Origin: Armatimonadota bacterium
Lineage (GTDB): Bacteria; Armatimonadota; Zipacnadia; Zipacnadales; UBA5352
Direction: 5' to 3'
NCBI GenBank assembly: GCA_034722055.1
Contig: JAYENL010000286.1
Coordinates: 1 to 20,491, forward strand
DNA: 20,491 bases
The position numbers and the translations under genes are program-made. The notes under the pieces were generated by a model that was not told the origin of the DNA, did no database searches, and was given only the letters and a program-made list of their open reading frames with translations. Of this stretch, positions 9,048-17,909 are shown in pieces (position 1 is the stretch's first letter; every line of letters begins with the position of its first letter).

Positions 9048-9383
9048 GGCTCTCCCTCCGTCGCTTTCATTGGGCGCGGCTATTGCAGCTTCCGATCCCG
9101 GAGCCGCGGGGTCATTCTCCCGCGACCGCTCGATTGCCTCCCGCAGTGTCAGGGCATAGCGGTGGTCATACCGGGCCTGCCGGAGGCCCTCCGTCGTGCT
9201 CGGCGCGCGGTTCTTCGTCACGGTCGATGACGACACCTACACGGAGCGCGGAAACGCCACCACAGGAGACAGCTCTTAGACGCGGCCGCCGTGGTCAGTG
9301 GAGCAGCAGGAGCAGGTCCGACCTGATGATCGACGAAGGGCATCGGTGATGCGACTACGCGAGCGAAGGCGGGTGCCGATAGC

Positions 9384-10937
9384 ATGGCGGATCAGCGACC
9401 GAATGTCCTTATCTACATGACCGATCAGCAGCGGGGGGACGTCATCCGCCCCGATCATCCCTGCCAGACGCCCAACATCCAGGAGATCATCGACGATGGC
9501 GTGCTGTTCACCTCCCACTACACGCAGACCGCGCACTGCTGCCCCTCGCGGGCCAGCTTCCACACCGGCCATTACCCCTCCCAGCACGGCGTGTGGAACA
9601 ACATCCTGACCAACACGCGGCTCAGCGACGGCCTCAACGACGGAATACGGTGCTTCTCCGAGGACCTCGTGGACAGCGGCTACAACCTCTCCTTCGCCGG
9701 GAAGTGGCATGTATCGGGCGTGGAGAACCCCGCCGACCGCGGCTGGAAGGAGCTGCGCGTGACGGCCCGGGCCAGCGACCGCCACGAGCTGAGACTGCAG
9801 CGGATCCTGGATGGCGTGGCAGAGGAGGATCACTCCCGGCCGCGCGGGGACGGCCAGATCCTGCGGTCGGGGTGGATCAACCGACACATCTACGGCAGCC
9901 GCCCCGATGGCGGGCCGAAGGGCTACGAGGACGTGGGCGATTACACGATCGTGCAATCGGCCATGGAGGAGCTGCCCCGCCTCGCGGAACAGGACGCGCC
10001 GTGGATGCTCTACTGCGGCCCATCCGGCCCCCACGATCCCTTCATCATCCCGGAGCGCTTCGCGACCATGTACGATCCCGACGAGATCGAGCTGCCGGCG
10101 AGTTTCCGGGACACCCTCGAGGACAAGCCGCGCATCTACCAGCGGATGCGGCATCAGTGGTGGGGGCAGATGTCCGAGCGCGAGGTGCGGGAGTCCATCG
10201 CCCACTACTGGGGCTACTGCACCATGCTGGACGCCATGTTCGGCGAGCTGCTGGAGACTCTGGAGGCGGCGGGGCAGCTCGAGAACACCATCGTCATCTA
10301 CACCTCAGACCACGGCGACTACTGCGGCGACCACGGGCTCTACTGCAAGGGCGTGCCGGCCTTCCGGGGCGCGTATCACATCCCGCTGGCGATCCGCTGG
10401 CCGGCGGGGATGGCCAATCCCGGGCGCGTCTGCGATGAGTTCACCACGCAGGCGGACATGGCGAACACCTTCCGGGAGCTGGCGGGCTGCGAGGAGCCGG
10501 ACGAGAACATGCCGGGCCGCAGCATCGTGCCGCTGCTGGAGGACAATACGCCGGAGGACTGGCGGGATGAGATGCACCTGCAGTTCAACGGCGTGGAGGT
10601 CTACTACACCCAGCGGGCGGTCTTCACCAAGGACTGGAAGTATGTCTACAACGCATTCGACTTCGACGAGCTGTACGACCTGCGCAACGATCCGCACGAG
10701 ATGCACAACCTGGCGGCACCCTGCCGGAACCCGATAGGCCACGATAACGTCCCGGAGCGGCGCTCGCCCGACCAGTTCCAGCCCTGGCCGGAGCTGCCGG
10801 AGGAGCTGGACGCTGTGCGCAAGGAGATGCTGGGGCGGATGTGGCGCTTCGCGGCCGAGCGCGAGGACACCATCTTCAACCCCTACTTCACGGTGGCGCT
10901 GGCGCCCTATGGGCCGGCGGAGGGCTTCCCGGGCTGA
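9384..10937 (+). CDS. Formylglycine-dependent (Cys-type, S1) sulfatase, probably cytoplasmic
   Basis: RPNVLIYMTDQQR, CCPSRASFHTG (CxPxR), GKWH, GPHDP, SDHG, ELYDLRNDPHE; no signal peptide. Confidence 0.95.
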   Translation: MADQRPNVLIYMTDQQRGDVIRPDHPCQTPNIQEIIDDGVLFTSHYTQTAHCCPSRASFHTGHYPSQHGVWNNILTNTRLSDGLNDGIRCFSEDLVDSGYNLSFAGKWHVSGVENPADRGWKELRVTARASDRHELRLQRILDGVAEEDHSRPRGDGQILRSGWINRHIYGSRPDGGPKGYEDVGDYTIVQSAMEELPRLAEQDAPWMLYCGPSGPHDPFIIPERFATMYDPDEIELPASFRDTLEDKPRIYQRMRHQWWGQMSEREVRESIAHYWGYCTMLDAMFGELLETLEAAGQLENTIVIYTSDHGDYCGDHGLYCKGVPAFRGAYHIPLAIRWPAGMANPGRVCDEFTTQADMANTFRELAGCEEPDENMPGRSIVPLLEDNTPEDWRDEMHLQFNGVEVYYTQRAVFTKDWKYVYNAFDFDELYDLRNDPHEMHNLAAPCRNPIGHDNVPERRSPDQFQPWPELPEELDAVRKEMLGRMWRFAAEREDTIFNPYFTVALAPYGPAEGFPG

Positions 10938-11001
10938 GCGTGTGCATCGAGGGACCGTTGCGGGGTCAGCAGCCGATTTGCGTTGCGCATAGGGGTGGCG
11001 T

Positions 11002-12339
11002 GTGATGACGATGATCCTGACCGAGATACTGATTCTCCTGGCGCTCATCGTTGCCAACGGGATCTTCGCGATGTCCGAGATCGCGCTGGTATCAGCGCGG
11101 GAGACCAGACTCAGCCAGCTCGCAGACCGCGGCAGTCGCGGAGCGCAGGCGGCACTGGATCTGATGGAATCGCCGGAGCGCTTCCTGGCGACGATCCAGA
11201 TCGGGATCTCGCTGATCGCCATCGCCTCCGGCGCCTACGGGAAGGCGACGCTCTCGGAGCGTCTGGAGCCGGTGCTCGCCGACGTGCCGGCCTTGGCGGC
11301 GCACAGCGACGGGTTCGCAGCGGCCATCGTTGTGCTGGGCATCACCTATCTATCGCTGGTCGTCGGTGAGCTGGCGCCCAAGGAGCTTGGGCTGGGCTTC
11401 AGCGAGGCCCTCGCGGCGGTCGTGGGGCTCCCGATGAAGGCGCTGAGCATCATCGCTGCGCCGGCCGTGGCCTTCCTCAACGCCTCCACTACCGGATTTC
11501 TGCGCCTGTTCGGCATCCGGGCATCGGATGGGGAGACGGTGACTCGTTCAGAGCTGCGGCTGCTGATTGAGGACTGGGCCGAAGAGGGCGTCATCAGCGA
11601 CACGGAGGAGGAGATGGGAAGGCGCCTGCTGGCGCTGGTCGAACGCGATGCGCTGAGCGTGGGAACGCCGCGCCCACGCATCCGCTGGCTGGACGCCAAC
11701 GCATCACAGGAGGAGATCGCAGCCACGGTGCTCGAGACCGGCTACGACATGCTGCCGGTCTGTGACGGAACTCTGGAGCGCCCCCTGGGCGTGGTGCGCT
11801 CGAACGAGGTGCTCACGCCCCTGGTGTCCGGCGCGGAGTACGACATTCGCGACGCCATGCAGGAGCCGCTGTTCGTTCCCGCATCCAGCTCCGCACTGAG
11901 CCTGCTGGAGGCGTTCCAGGAGGGGCGGCCGGAGATGGCCCTGCTTGTGGATGACTACGGGGACATCGAGGGGCTGGCGACGCCGCTGGACCTGGTTCAG
12001 GCGGTGTTGGGCAGCCTTGCGGAGCTGGGCTCACCGGCTGGAGCGCAGATGAGCCGCCGGGATGACGGAACGTGGCTGGTCGATGGAATGACCCCGCTGG
12101 AGGAGTTCGAGGCCACCTTCGAGGTCGAGGCGCCCCCGGAGATCAAGCGTAGCTACAGCACTGTGGCGGGGCTGCTGATCGGGCTGCTGAAGCGCTTCCC
12201 CACAACCGGCTCGCGCGTCCGGTGCGGGAGCCTGGAGCTGGAGGTCATGGACATGGACGGGCGCCGCATCGACAAGGTGCTGGTCAGCCCAGCGCCACAG
12301 GATACCCCTGAACCGGATACGGGAGGCCCCGAAGGTTGA
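11002..12339 (+). CDS. Hemolysin/HlyC-CorC family protein (CNNM transmembrane domain, CBS pair, CorC_HlyC domain)
   Basis: NGIFAMSEIALVS, FLATIQIGI, GELAPK, VDDYGDIEGLAT, TVAG and MDGRRIDKV. Start could also be 11005 or 11011. Confidence 0.93.
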   Translation: MMTMILTEILILLALIVANGIFAMSEIALVSARETRLSQLADRGSRGAQAALDLMESPERFLATIQIGISLIAIASGAYGKATLSERLEPVLADVPALAAHSDGFAAAIVVLGITYLSLVVGELAPKELGLGFSEALAAVVGLPMKALSIIAAPAVAFLNASTTGFLRLFGIRASDGETVTRSELRLLIEDWAEEGVISDTEEEMGRRLLALVERDALSVGTPRPRIRWLDANASQEEIAATVLETGYDMLPVCDGTLERPLGVVRSNEVLTPLVSGAEYDIRDAMQEPLFVPASSSALSLLEAFQEGRPEMALLVDDYGDIEGLATPLDLVQAVLGSLAELGSPAGAQMSRRDDGTWLVDGMTPLEEFEATFEVEAPPEIKRSYSTVAGLLIGLLKRFPTTGSRVRCGSLELEVMDMDGRRIDKVLVSPAPQDTPEPDTGGPEG

Positions 12340-12401
12340 CAGGCGTTGACAATCCCGGCCCTGCCCGACCGTCCACGGCATGGCTCTCAGCGATCGGCAC
12401 A

Positions 12402-14573
12402 TCAGCCGCCCTCGGCACCGGTATGCTGCTCCCAGTCCACGTCGTACCAGTCGGGCTCGGGATACGCCGAGCGCTCCAGGTCGCCGTTGCCGCGGTAGAT
12501 GGGCTCAAGCTCACCCATGGCGATGCGGGCGCGCTCGATGTAGCGCAGCAGGAGGAGCACTCGCGGGCTGTAGGCCGCAAAGCCGGCGCCAATCGAGCCC
12601 ATGAAGCTGGCGACCTTCTCGCTGACCCACACCCCGGCCTCGTTCTGGGTGTCCAGAGCATGCCGGGCCGACTCGCGGGCGCCCGGCAGGGCCTCCAGCG
12701 CCGCCTCCACCGTCATCTCCGGCGGGCTCCACGTCTCAGACTCCGCCTGCTCCAGCACCTTCTCGACGTAGGGCAGCATCTCCGTCTGCTGCAAATACCA
12801 CACGCCGGTGGGCTGGTCCTGCATGAAGGCGAGCTGCTCGGGGTCGTCGAGGTAGTAGATCTCCCGGTTCCAGGACGCGACGGGCCGGCCGGTGCCCGGC
12901 TCCACGTGGTTCCACATCTTCCCGTCCGGCAGGTTCTCGCGCATCCACTCGGCGGTGCGGCGGATCGCCTCAAGGTAGCGCTCATCGCCCGACAGCCAGT
13001 AGACCGTGCGCAGGCCCTTCACGGCCAGCTTCGTGGCGGCGACGTTCCACGCCGGGGGCTCGAAGTGCCGCGCCCAGGCGGGGTTGTTCTCAGCGTCATA
13101 CTGCAGCGCCCACAGCGGCACCTCATCACCCTGAGCCTCGACCAGCCAGTCGCCGGCGCGCTTGATGGCCTGCACGTACTTCCCCTCGGCGGTCATGTGA
13201 TACATGAAGGTCATCACGTCGATGGCGGCGTTCACGGCCGCGTCGTTGATCTCGCCGCCGCCCACGATGCCCCGCGCCGTCTTCCCCACGCCCTCCTCCG
13301 CGTCATAGTGGTGCGACCAGCTTCCATTGGGATTCTGGGCCTGCAGGTACCACTCGCCGGCGCGCTTCACGGCGTCGAGATAGCGCTCATCGCCGGTGAG
13401 GCGATGGACGTAAGCCAGGTAGAACATGGGGTGCGCCTGCACCAGGTCCTGGAGCTTGATATGCCTGTCGCTCGCTGCCGGCTGAATGCCGTTGACCGTC
13501 ATGCGGTAGCCGTGCACCCAGAAGCCGCGCTCGTCCTGGGCGGCGAGCAGGAACTCGGCCGTGCGCATGCCCACGTCCAGGAAGCGATAGTCGCCAAGGA
13601 CCTGGTAGCCGTAGAGGAAGTTGATGGCCGTCCGGGGGCTGGCATTGCCCTTGTCGTTGTCGATGTAGTCGTCGCGAGTCACGTGCTCCCGGCCCTGGGC
13701 GGAGGAGCCGATGAGCGTCGGCCAGGTGTAGAGGCACTGCCACCCGCCCCAGCGCTGCAGATCGGCCAGGAAGTAGAGGGTCCGCCGCGCGCCCTCCTCC
13801 GCCTCCGGCAGCAGCGCCAGGTCCTCCTCCGGGATGGGGCCGTCCTCGGCCTCCAGCAGCGGGAGGGCCTGGTCGTACACCACCAGGTCGTCGATCGTCA
13901 GCCCCGGCAGGTTCATCCCGCCCCCCCGCCCGCCGAAGCCGCCGGCGACGTAGAGGGCGTAGGCCGGCCGATGATCGGCCGAGAACTCCATGGAGCCCGT
14001 CACGCCCCGGCCGTCGAGCGCGATCCAGCCGCGGCCCGAGTCCCGATCCCAGGAGGCCACCACGCTGTGCCACTGGTCAGCGCCGACCTCCCCGATCTCC
14101 AGGTCCAGCCGGGCGATGGGCTCATCCGTCCGGCGACCGCGGCTGAACACCAGCGACAGGAGCCCCGGCTCCCGCAGCACGCCGATGCGATCCGTCGCCC
14201 GGGCCTCCACCAGCCACCGGGGCGTCTCATCCGCCCAGACGTCGCCCCGCACCAGCATCCGGAGCGTCCCACGGGAGATGCTGACATTGCTGCCGCCGCG
14301 GAAGTGCAGATGCCCGCCCTTCTCCGCCACCTGCGTGGCCAGCCCGTGCGCGCCCTCCACATCCGCCGCCATGCCGAAGCCGCCCGCCAGCGGCAGCTCC
14401 CGCGCGTAGTCCGCATCGTGGCTCTCCGCGTCATCGAAGCTGCACACCAGCGTGGTGTGCCGCGTGCGCTCGGCCGGCTGGCGCCACCAGTCGGCCTGCA
14501 GCTCGAACGGCTCCGCGGCCAGCGACCCGGCCGCTGCGGCCGTCATCACTATCATCGCCACCGTCCTGAGCAT
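12402..14573 (-). CDS. Secreted protein with LamG/ConA-like N-terminal domain and PL10-like (pectate lyase) alpha/alpha barrel
   Basis: GAGGAG upstream of signal peptide MLRTVAMIVMTAAAAGSLAA (ATG 14573); WHSVVASWD...LDG...IDDLVVYD (LamG-like); AQNPNGSW, INDAA and WALQYD..PAWARHFEPPA resemble PL10 motifs. Confidence 0.75.
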   Translation of the reverse strand: MLRTVAMIVMTAAAAGSLAAEPFELQADWWRQPAERTRHTTLVCSFDDAESHDADYARELPLAGGFGMAADVEGAHGLATQVAEKGGHLHFRGGSNVSISRGTLRMLVRGDVWADETPRWLVEARATDRIGVLREPGLLSLVFSRGRRTDEPIARLDLEIGEVGADQWHSVVASWDRDSGRGWIALDGRGVTGSMEFSADHRPAYALYVAGGFGGRGGGMNLPGLTIDDLVVYDQALPLLEAEDGPIPEEDLALLPEAEEGARRTLYFLADLQRWGGWQCLYTWPTLIGSSAQGREHVTRDDYIDNDKGNASPRTAINFLYGYQVLGDYRFLDVGMRTAEFLLAAQDERGFWVHGYRMTVNGIQPAASDRHIKLQDLVQAHPMFYLAYVHRLTGDERYLDAVKRAGEWYLQAQNPNGSWSHHYDAEEGVGKTARGIVGGGEINDAAVNAAIDVMTFMYHMTAEGKYVQAIKRAGDWLVEAQGDEVPLWALQYDAENNPAWARHFEPPAWNVAATKLAVKGLRTVYWLSGDERYLEAIRRTAEWMRENLPDGKMWNHVEPGTGRPVASWNREIYYLDDPEQLAFMQDQPTGVWYLQQTEMLPYVEKVLEQAESETWSPPEMTVEAALEALPGARESARHALDTQNEAGVWVSEKVASFMGSIGAGFAAYSPRVLLLLRYIERARIAMGELEPIYRGNGDLERSAYPEPDWYDVDWEQHTGAEGG

Positions 14574-14618
14574 CGCAGACAGCTCCTCACGAAAGCGTAC
14601 CTCATTCGGAAAGCTCCT

Positions 14619-14932
14619 GTCGGGCAGGCATCCTGCCTGCCAAGGACCGCCTGGAAGCCTGCGCCACGATACCTCCAGCCGTGCGGCAGGCATCCTGCCT
14701 GCCAACGACCGCAGCCTGGAAGCCCCTCCGGCGGGCAACGCGGGGCCGTAGCCGTAGGCTTGCAGCTTGTGGCTTGAAGCTGGCAGCTTCCAGTCTTGGG
14801 CCGGCCTCGCGCCTCTGGCGCTCGTGCGGCCCCTCCGACAGCCGCGGCAATTGGGCGCACACAGGCATCCGTGGAGGGGCCGCACGAGGAGGGGCCGAAG
14901 GCCCCGACGAGGTCGGCCCCCCAACGGCCGTT
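14619..14932. repeat. REPIN/BIME-like composite repeat array
   Basis: Two tandem ~62-nt units containing GGCAGGCATCCTGCCTGCC (14623-14641, 14685-14703), each followed by GCCTGGAAGCC; heptamer tract 14755-14789; 16-bp perfect inverted repeat 14821-14836 / 14873-14888. Confidence 0.8.
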
Positions 14933-14973
14933 GTCCGCGGCCGCAGCCCGAGGGCATGGCCGCCTCTGCACCA

Positions 14974-17031
14974 TCACAGCTCCTCGAAGCGCGCCCCCAC
15001 AGGATCAACCATCTCGAGCTTCTTCGCCTCCAGCGCCCGGTAGACGTCCGGCAGGTCGAAGTGCTCCAGCACGTTCGGGATCAGCGCCGACAGCGGCCAG
15101 TCGTACAGCTCCCTCTCGGCGATCTCCGCGTACGAGCGCAGCGGATGGATCAGCGTCACCCGCGTGACGCTGTCATGCAGCAGGGCCGCGAGGGCCCCGG
15201 GGATCGCGCCGTAGCCGCGCGCCACCAGGTGGACCTCGTCGTAACCGAAGGAGGCCATCCAGTCGAGCGTGCAGAGGACGTCATGCACGCGCCAGGCCAC
15301 GTAGCTCTCGCCGAACATGGTGGCGTGCGCGGCGTAGAAGTAGTCGCTGCCGTAGTAGCCATGGAAGCTGTCGGGCTTGACCGCGTCGGGCATGGACTCG
15401 CCGATGCCGCGGTAGTCGCAGGCGAAGAACGCGGGGGTCTGCTCCTCCAGCTCGCGGAGGCGCTCATCCTCGCGCAGCTCTGCGTCGGAGGACAGATGCG
15501 GCAGATACAGCACCGCCGTCCCGTCAAGGCCGGCCGCCTCGGCGCTGAGCGGTCGGGAGTGCCGGGGCTCGTCCTCCAGCTTCGTGACCACTGCCTGGGC
15601 ACCGAACTCCGGATCGGTCTCCAGCACGAAGTGCGAGGCGTAGGGCCGCGCGTGGTCGCGCTGCGCCCACAGCCGCAGGACGCGGTAGTCCGGCGGGCCG
15701 TCGCGCTCGGGCAGCTCCAACAGCTCCCGCACGCGCCGGACCAGCTCCTCGCCGGAGGGCTCGCCGCGCTCAGCCGCCAGCGCCCGGCTGCGCTGTGCGG
15801 TCATCTGCCACGCCCAGGTGGGATCACGCTCCGCCACCTGCCCCGACTCGGTGCACCACAGCTCCTCCTCGGGCTCCTCGACGAAGGCCTCATCGCCGAC
15901 GCGGAACTCCAGGCCTGCGGCGGCGCAGAAGTGCGCCGCCATGGCCTCCCGCATCTCCGGCGGGTAGCCGTGTCCGCCCGGGCCGACGTAGTAGTCCAGC
16001 ACCTCCTGCGCGCCCAGAACCTCGTAGACCTGCTCGATGCGCTCGTAGCTTTCCAGGGAGCCGCGCTGGTCGAAGAAGTCCTGCTCCTGGGTGAGCAGGA
16101 TGAGCGCCTCGGGGGCGTTCATCAGCAGCAGGTCGTGCTGGCCGACGCCCAGGGCATGGGCGTTCGGCGGCATCTGCTCGGCGTCGGCGGCCAGCTCGTT
16201 CCCGATGTCACGCCGCCATGAGGTCACGTAGCAGGAGGGCGCGGACATGGTGATCCGCCGCTCCAGCGCGGTCAGCAGCGTGCTCATCGTCCCGCCGCCG
16301 GAGCAGCCGGTGACGCCGATGCGCGAGGGATCGACCTCCTCGCGCGTCAGGAGGTAGTCGATGGCCCGAATGCCGTCCCAGGCCCGCCAGGTGCCGAAGA
16401 ACTCGCCGACCAGGAGCTGCGGGTTCCCGATGTAGTTGTGCTGGTGGGTGCCCCAGCGGACCTTCTGACCGTCCTCGCCGTCGCCGCCGGGGTACTGGAG
16501 GCGCTCGCCCTGGCTGATGGGATCGTAGGCCAGCGCCACGAAGCCGTTGCGGGCGAGGATCTGACACGCCGCCTGGTTGTAGCCGGCGGCCTTGCCCTCG
16601 TGGCTGTGGCCGGAGGGGACGATCACCGCCGGCGCCGGCAGCTCGGCCTCCCGCGGCAGATACAGGTTCGCGGTGACCGGAAAGTCCGGGCGGCTGTGGA
16701 AGATGATCTTCTCGACGATGAAGTCGTCGCGCTCGAGCGTGCCGACCGTACGGGAATCCAGCGGCGTGCGCTCCGGCAGCTCCCCGAATATCAGCGGCAG
16801 CTTCGCCTGGAGCTCGGCCACATACTGCTGCGCCTGGCTGGCATCCTCAAGCGCCATGATGCGCGCGCGGTTCGCGGCATCGACGGCGCGGATTCGTGCG
16901 ACAAGATACTCCTGCATCATGCGGGGAAAGCGATTCAGTGGCTCCATACGCGGTGATTCCTCCTGTGCGTCAGCCGACGCCGCAAGCAGCAGTAGCGCCA
17001 GCAAGACGAGTGTGCGCAAGTATCCGGACAT
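14974..17031 (-). CDS. Secreted double-domain alpha/beta-hydrolase (acetylxylan esterase / Abhydrolase_7-like)
   Basis: Signal peptide ending ASADA; PSGHS, DPISQGER, RAIDYL, nucleophile elbow GCSGGG, DFF, GHGY; second degenerate hydrolase domain (DYRGIGE...RVHDV). Confidence 0.9.
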   Translation of the reverse strand: MSGYLRTLVLLALLLLAASADAQEESPRMEPLNRFPRMMQEYLVARIRAVDAANRARIMALEDASQAQQYVAELQAKLPLIFGELPERTPLDSRTVGTLERDDFIVEKIIFHSRPDFPVTANLYLPREAELPAPAVIVPSGHSHEGKAAGYNQAACQILARNGFVALAYDPISQGERLQYPGGDGEDGQKVRWGTHQHNYIGNPQLLVGEFFGTWRAWDGIRAIDYLLTREEVDPSRIGVTGCSGGGTMSTLLTALERRITMSAPSCYVTSWRRDIGNELAADAEQMPPNAHALGVGQHDLLLMNAPEALILLTQEQDFFDQRGSLESYERIEQVYEVLGAQEVLDYYVGPGGHGYPPEMREAMAAHFCAAAGLEFRVGDEAFVEEPEEELWCTESGQVAERDPTWAWQMTAQRSRALAAERGEPSGEELVRRVRELLELPERDGPPDYRVLRLWAQRDHARPYASHFVLETDPEFGAQAVVTKLEDEPRHSRPLSAEAAGLDGTAVLYLPHLSSDAELREDERLRELEEQTPAFFACDYRGIGESMPDAVKPDSFHGYYGSDYFYAAHATMFGESYVAWRVHDVLCTLDWMASFGYDEVHLVARGYGAIPGALAALLHDSVTRVTLIHPLRSYAEIAERELYDWPLSALIPNVLEHFDLPDVYRALEAKKLEMVDPVGARFEEL

Positions 17032-17108
17032 CGCTGCGACTCCGTTGACGTTCGTTGTTGTCCCTGGTCCGGCTATCTGGCGGGGCTCCTCTCCGGCCCG
17101 GCCGAATG

Positions 17109-17143
17109 GTCGCTACGAGCTACCAGCAGTCAGCTATCAGCAA
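17109..17143. repeat. Degenerate heptamer tandem repeat (consensus TCAGCTA), 5 units
   Basis: GTCGCTA CGAGCTA CCAGCAG TCAGCTA TCAGCAA. Confidence 0.65.
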
Positions 17144-17248
17144 CAGCCGACGGCGGCGTTGCCCAGCCGTCTGGAGGGGCCGGTCTCCGGCCCGGCCGTT
17201 GCCCCGCCCGCGTCTCCGCGGGAGAATCCCATGCTTTGGTTACTGCCG

Positions 17249-17692
17249 TTACCTCCACGGCCAGCTAAAGCCGTAGCCCACGCTCAGGTCCACCTCGCCG
17301 TCCCAGTCGGGTGTGGCGCGGTAGGACGCCTCCAGGATGACCTCGCGGGAGAGGTGCGTGCCCACGATGGCGCCGCCGCCCCAGTCGTTGTCATACCAGA
17401 AGAGCGTGGGGCCGCCGTAGATGTCCCGCTGCAGCTCCGCGCGCCTGCCCAGTAGCATATAGCGCACGCCCACCAGCAGCTTGTCATCATACAGCCCCAG
17501 GTCCGGCGCGATCCTGCGCCTGCCCGATCCCGCGACGCTGACCGACAGCTCCGTCTCATCATTCTCGAGGTCCTGCTCGATGCCCACGCCCAGGTAGAAG
17601 TCGGGCGCCTCCTCCCTCTCACCATCCACCGCCAGCGCCGACGCGGCGCTCAGGGCAATCAGCCCTGCGGCAAGTGCGATCGTCGATCGCAT
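17249..17692 (-). CDS. Small exported protein, probable outer-membrane beta-barrel
   Basis: Signal peptide ending ASALA; alternating amphipathic strands (FYLGVGI, LLVGVRY, IYGGPTL, GGGAIVG, LEASYR, LSVGYGF) with an aromatic-rich C-terminus. Confidence 0.7.
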   Translation of the reverse strand: MRSTIALAAGLIALSAASALAVDGEREEAPDFYLGVGIEQDLENDETELSVSVAGSGRRRIAPDLGLYDDKLLVGVRYMLLGRRAELQRDIYGGPTLFWYDNDWGGGAIVGTHLSREVILEASYRATPDWDGEVDLSVGYGFSWPWR

Positions 17693-17773
17693 GACCCCAC
17701 ATCCTCTTCATTGCCAATACTGCAGCGCCACGAAGGCACGTCCGTACCTCGCAGCCTTTGACAGCGCAAAACC

Positions 17774-17843
17774 CCGTGGTGCGGAGGAGGGCCTCCGCAC
17801 CACGGAACGACGGTGGCGGACGAAAGCGTCCGCACCACGGAAC
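17774..17843. repeat. Perfect 14-bp inverted repeat plus a second GTGG-headed REP-like hairpin
   Basis: CCGTGGTGCGGAGG-AGGG-CCTCCGCACCACGG (17774-17805); GCGGACG-AAAG-CGTCCGC-ACCAC (17816-17838); direct repeat TCCGCACCACGGAAC at 17794 and 17829. Confidence 0.8.
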
Positions 17844-17909
17844 TGAGTGGTGTGCTGAGTGGCAACATGCAGCCGACACAGCTCCTGCGCATTGCAGCGA
17901 TGTCCATAG

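Noticed and set aside
9048..9236. N-terminal extension of the DegT ORF (likewise 5475-5546 for the lyase)
   Set aside because: Strong RBS and family-typical N-termini are found at the downstream ATGs.
12336..12352. Two TTGACA hexamers resembling sigma70 -35 boxes
   Set aside because: No -10 element at 16-18 nt, and they point into the 3' end of a convergent gene.
14574..15008. 145-aa N-terminal extension of the 868-aa ORF
   Set aside because: It translates the repeat array; an RBS and signal peptide mark ATG 14573 as the start.
17740..17810. c-di-GMP-I riboswitch-like GCAAAA motif
   Set aside because: Wrong strand for the adjacent gene and lacks the P1/P2 GNRA-receptor architecture; the hairpin is explained by the REP family.
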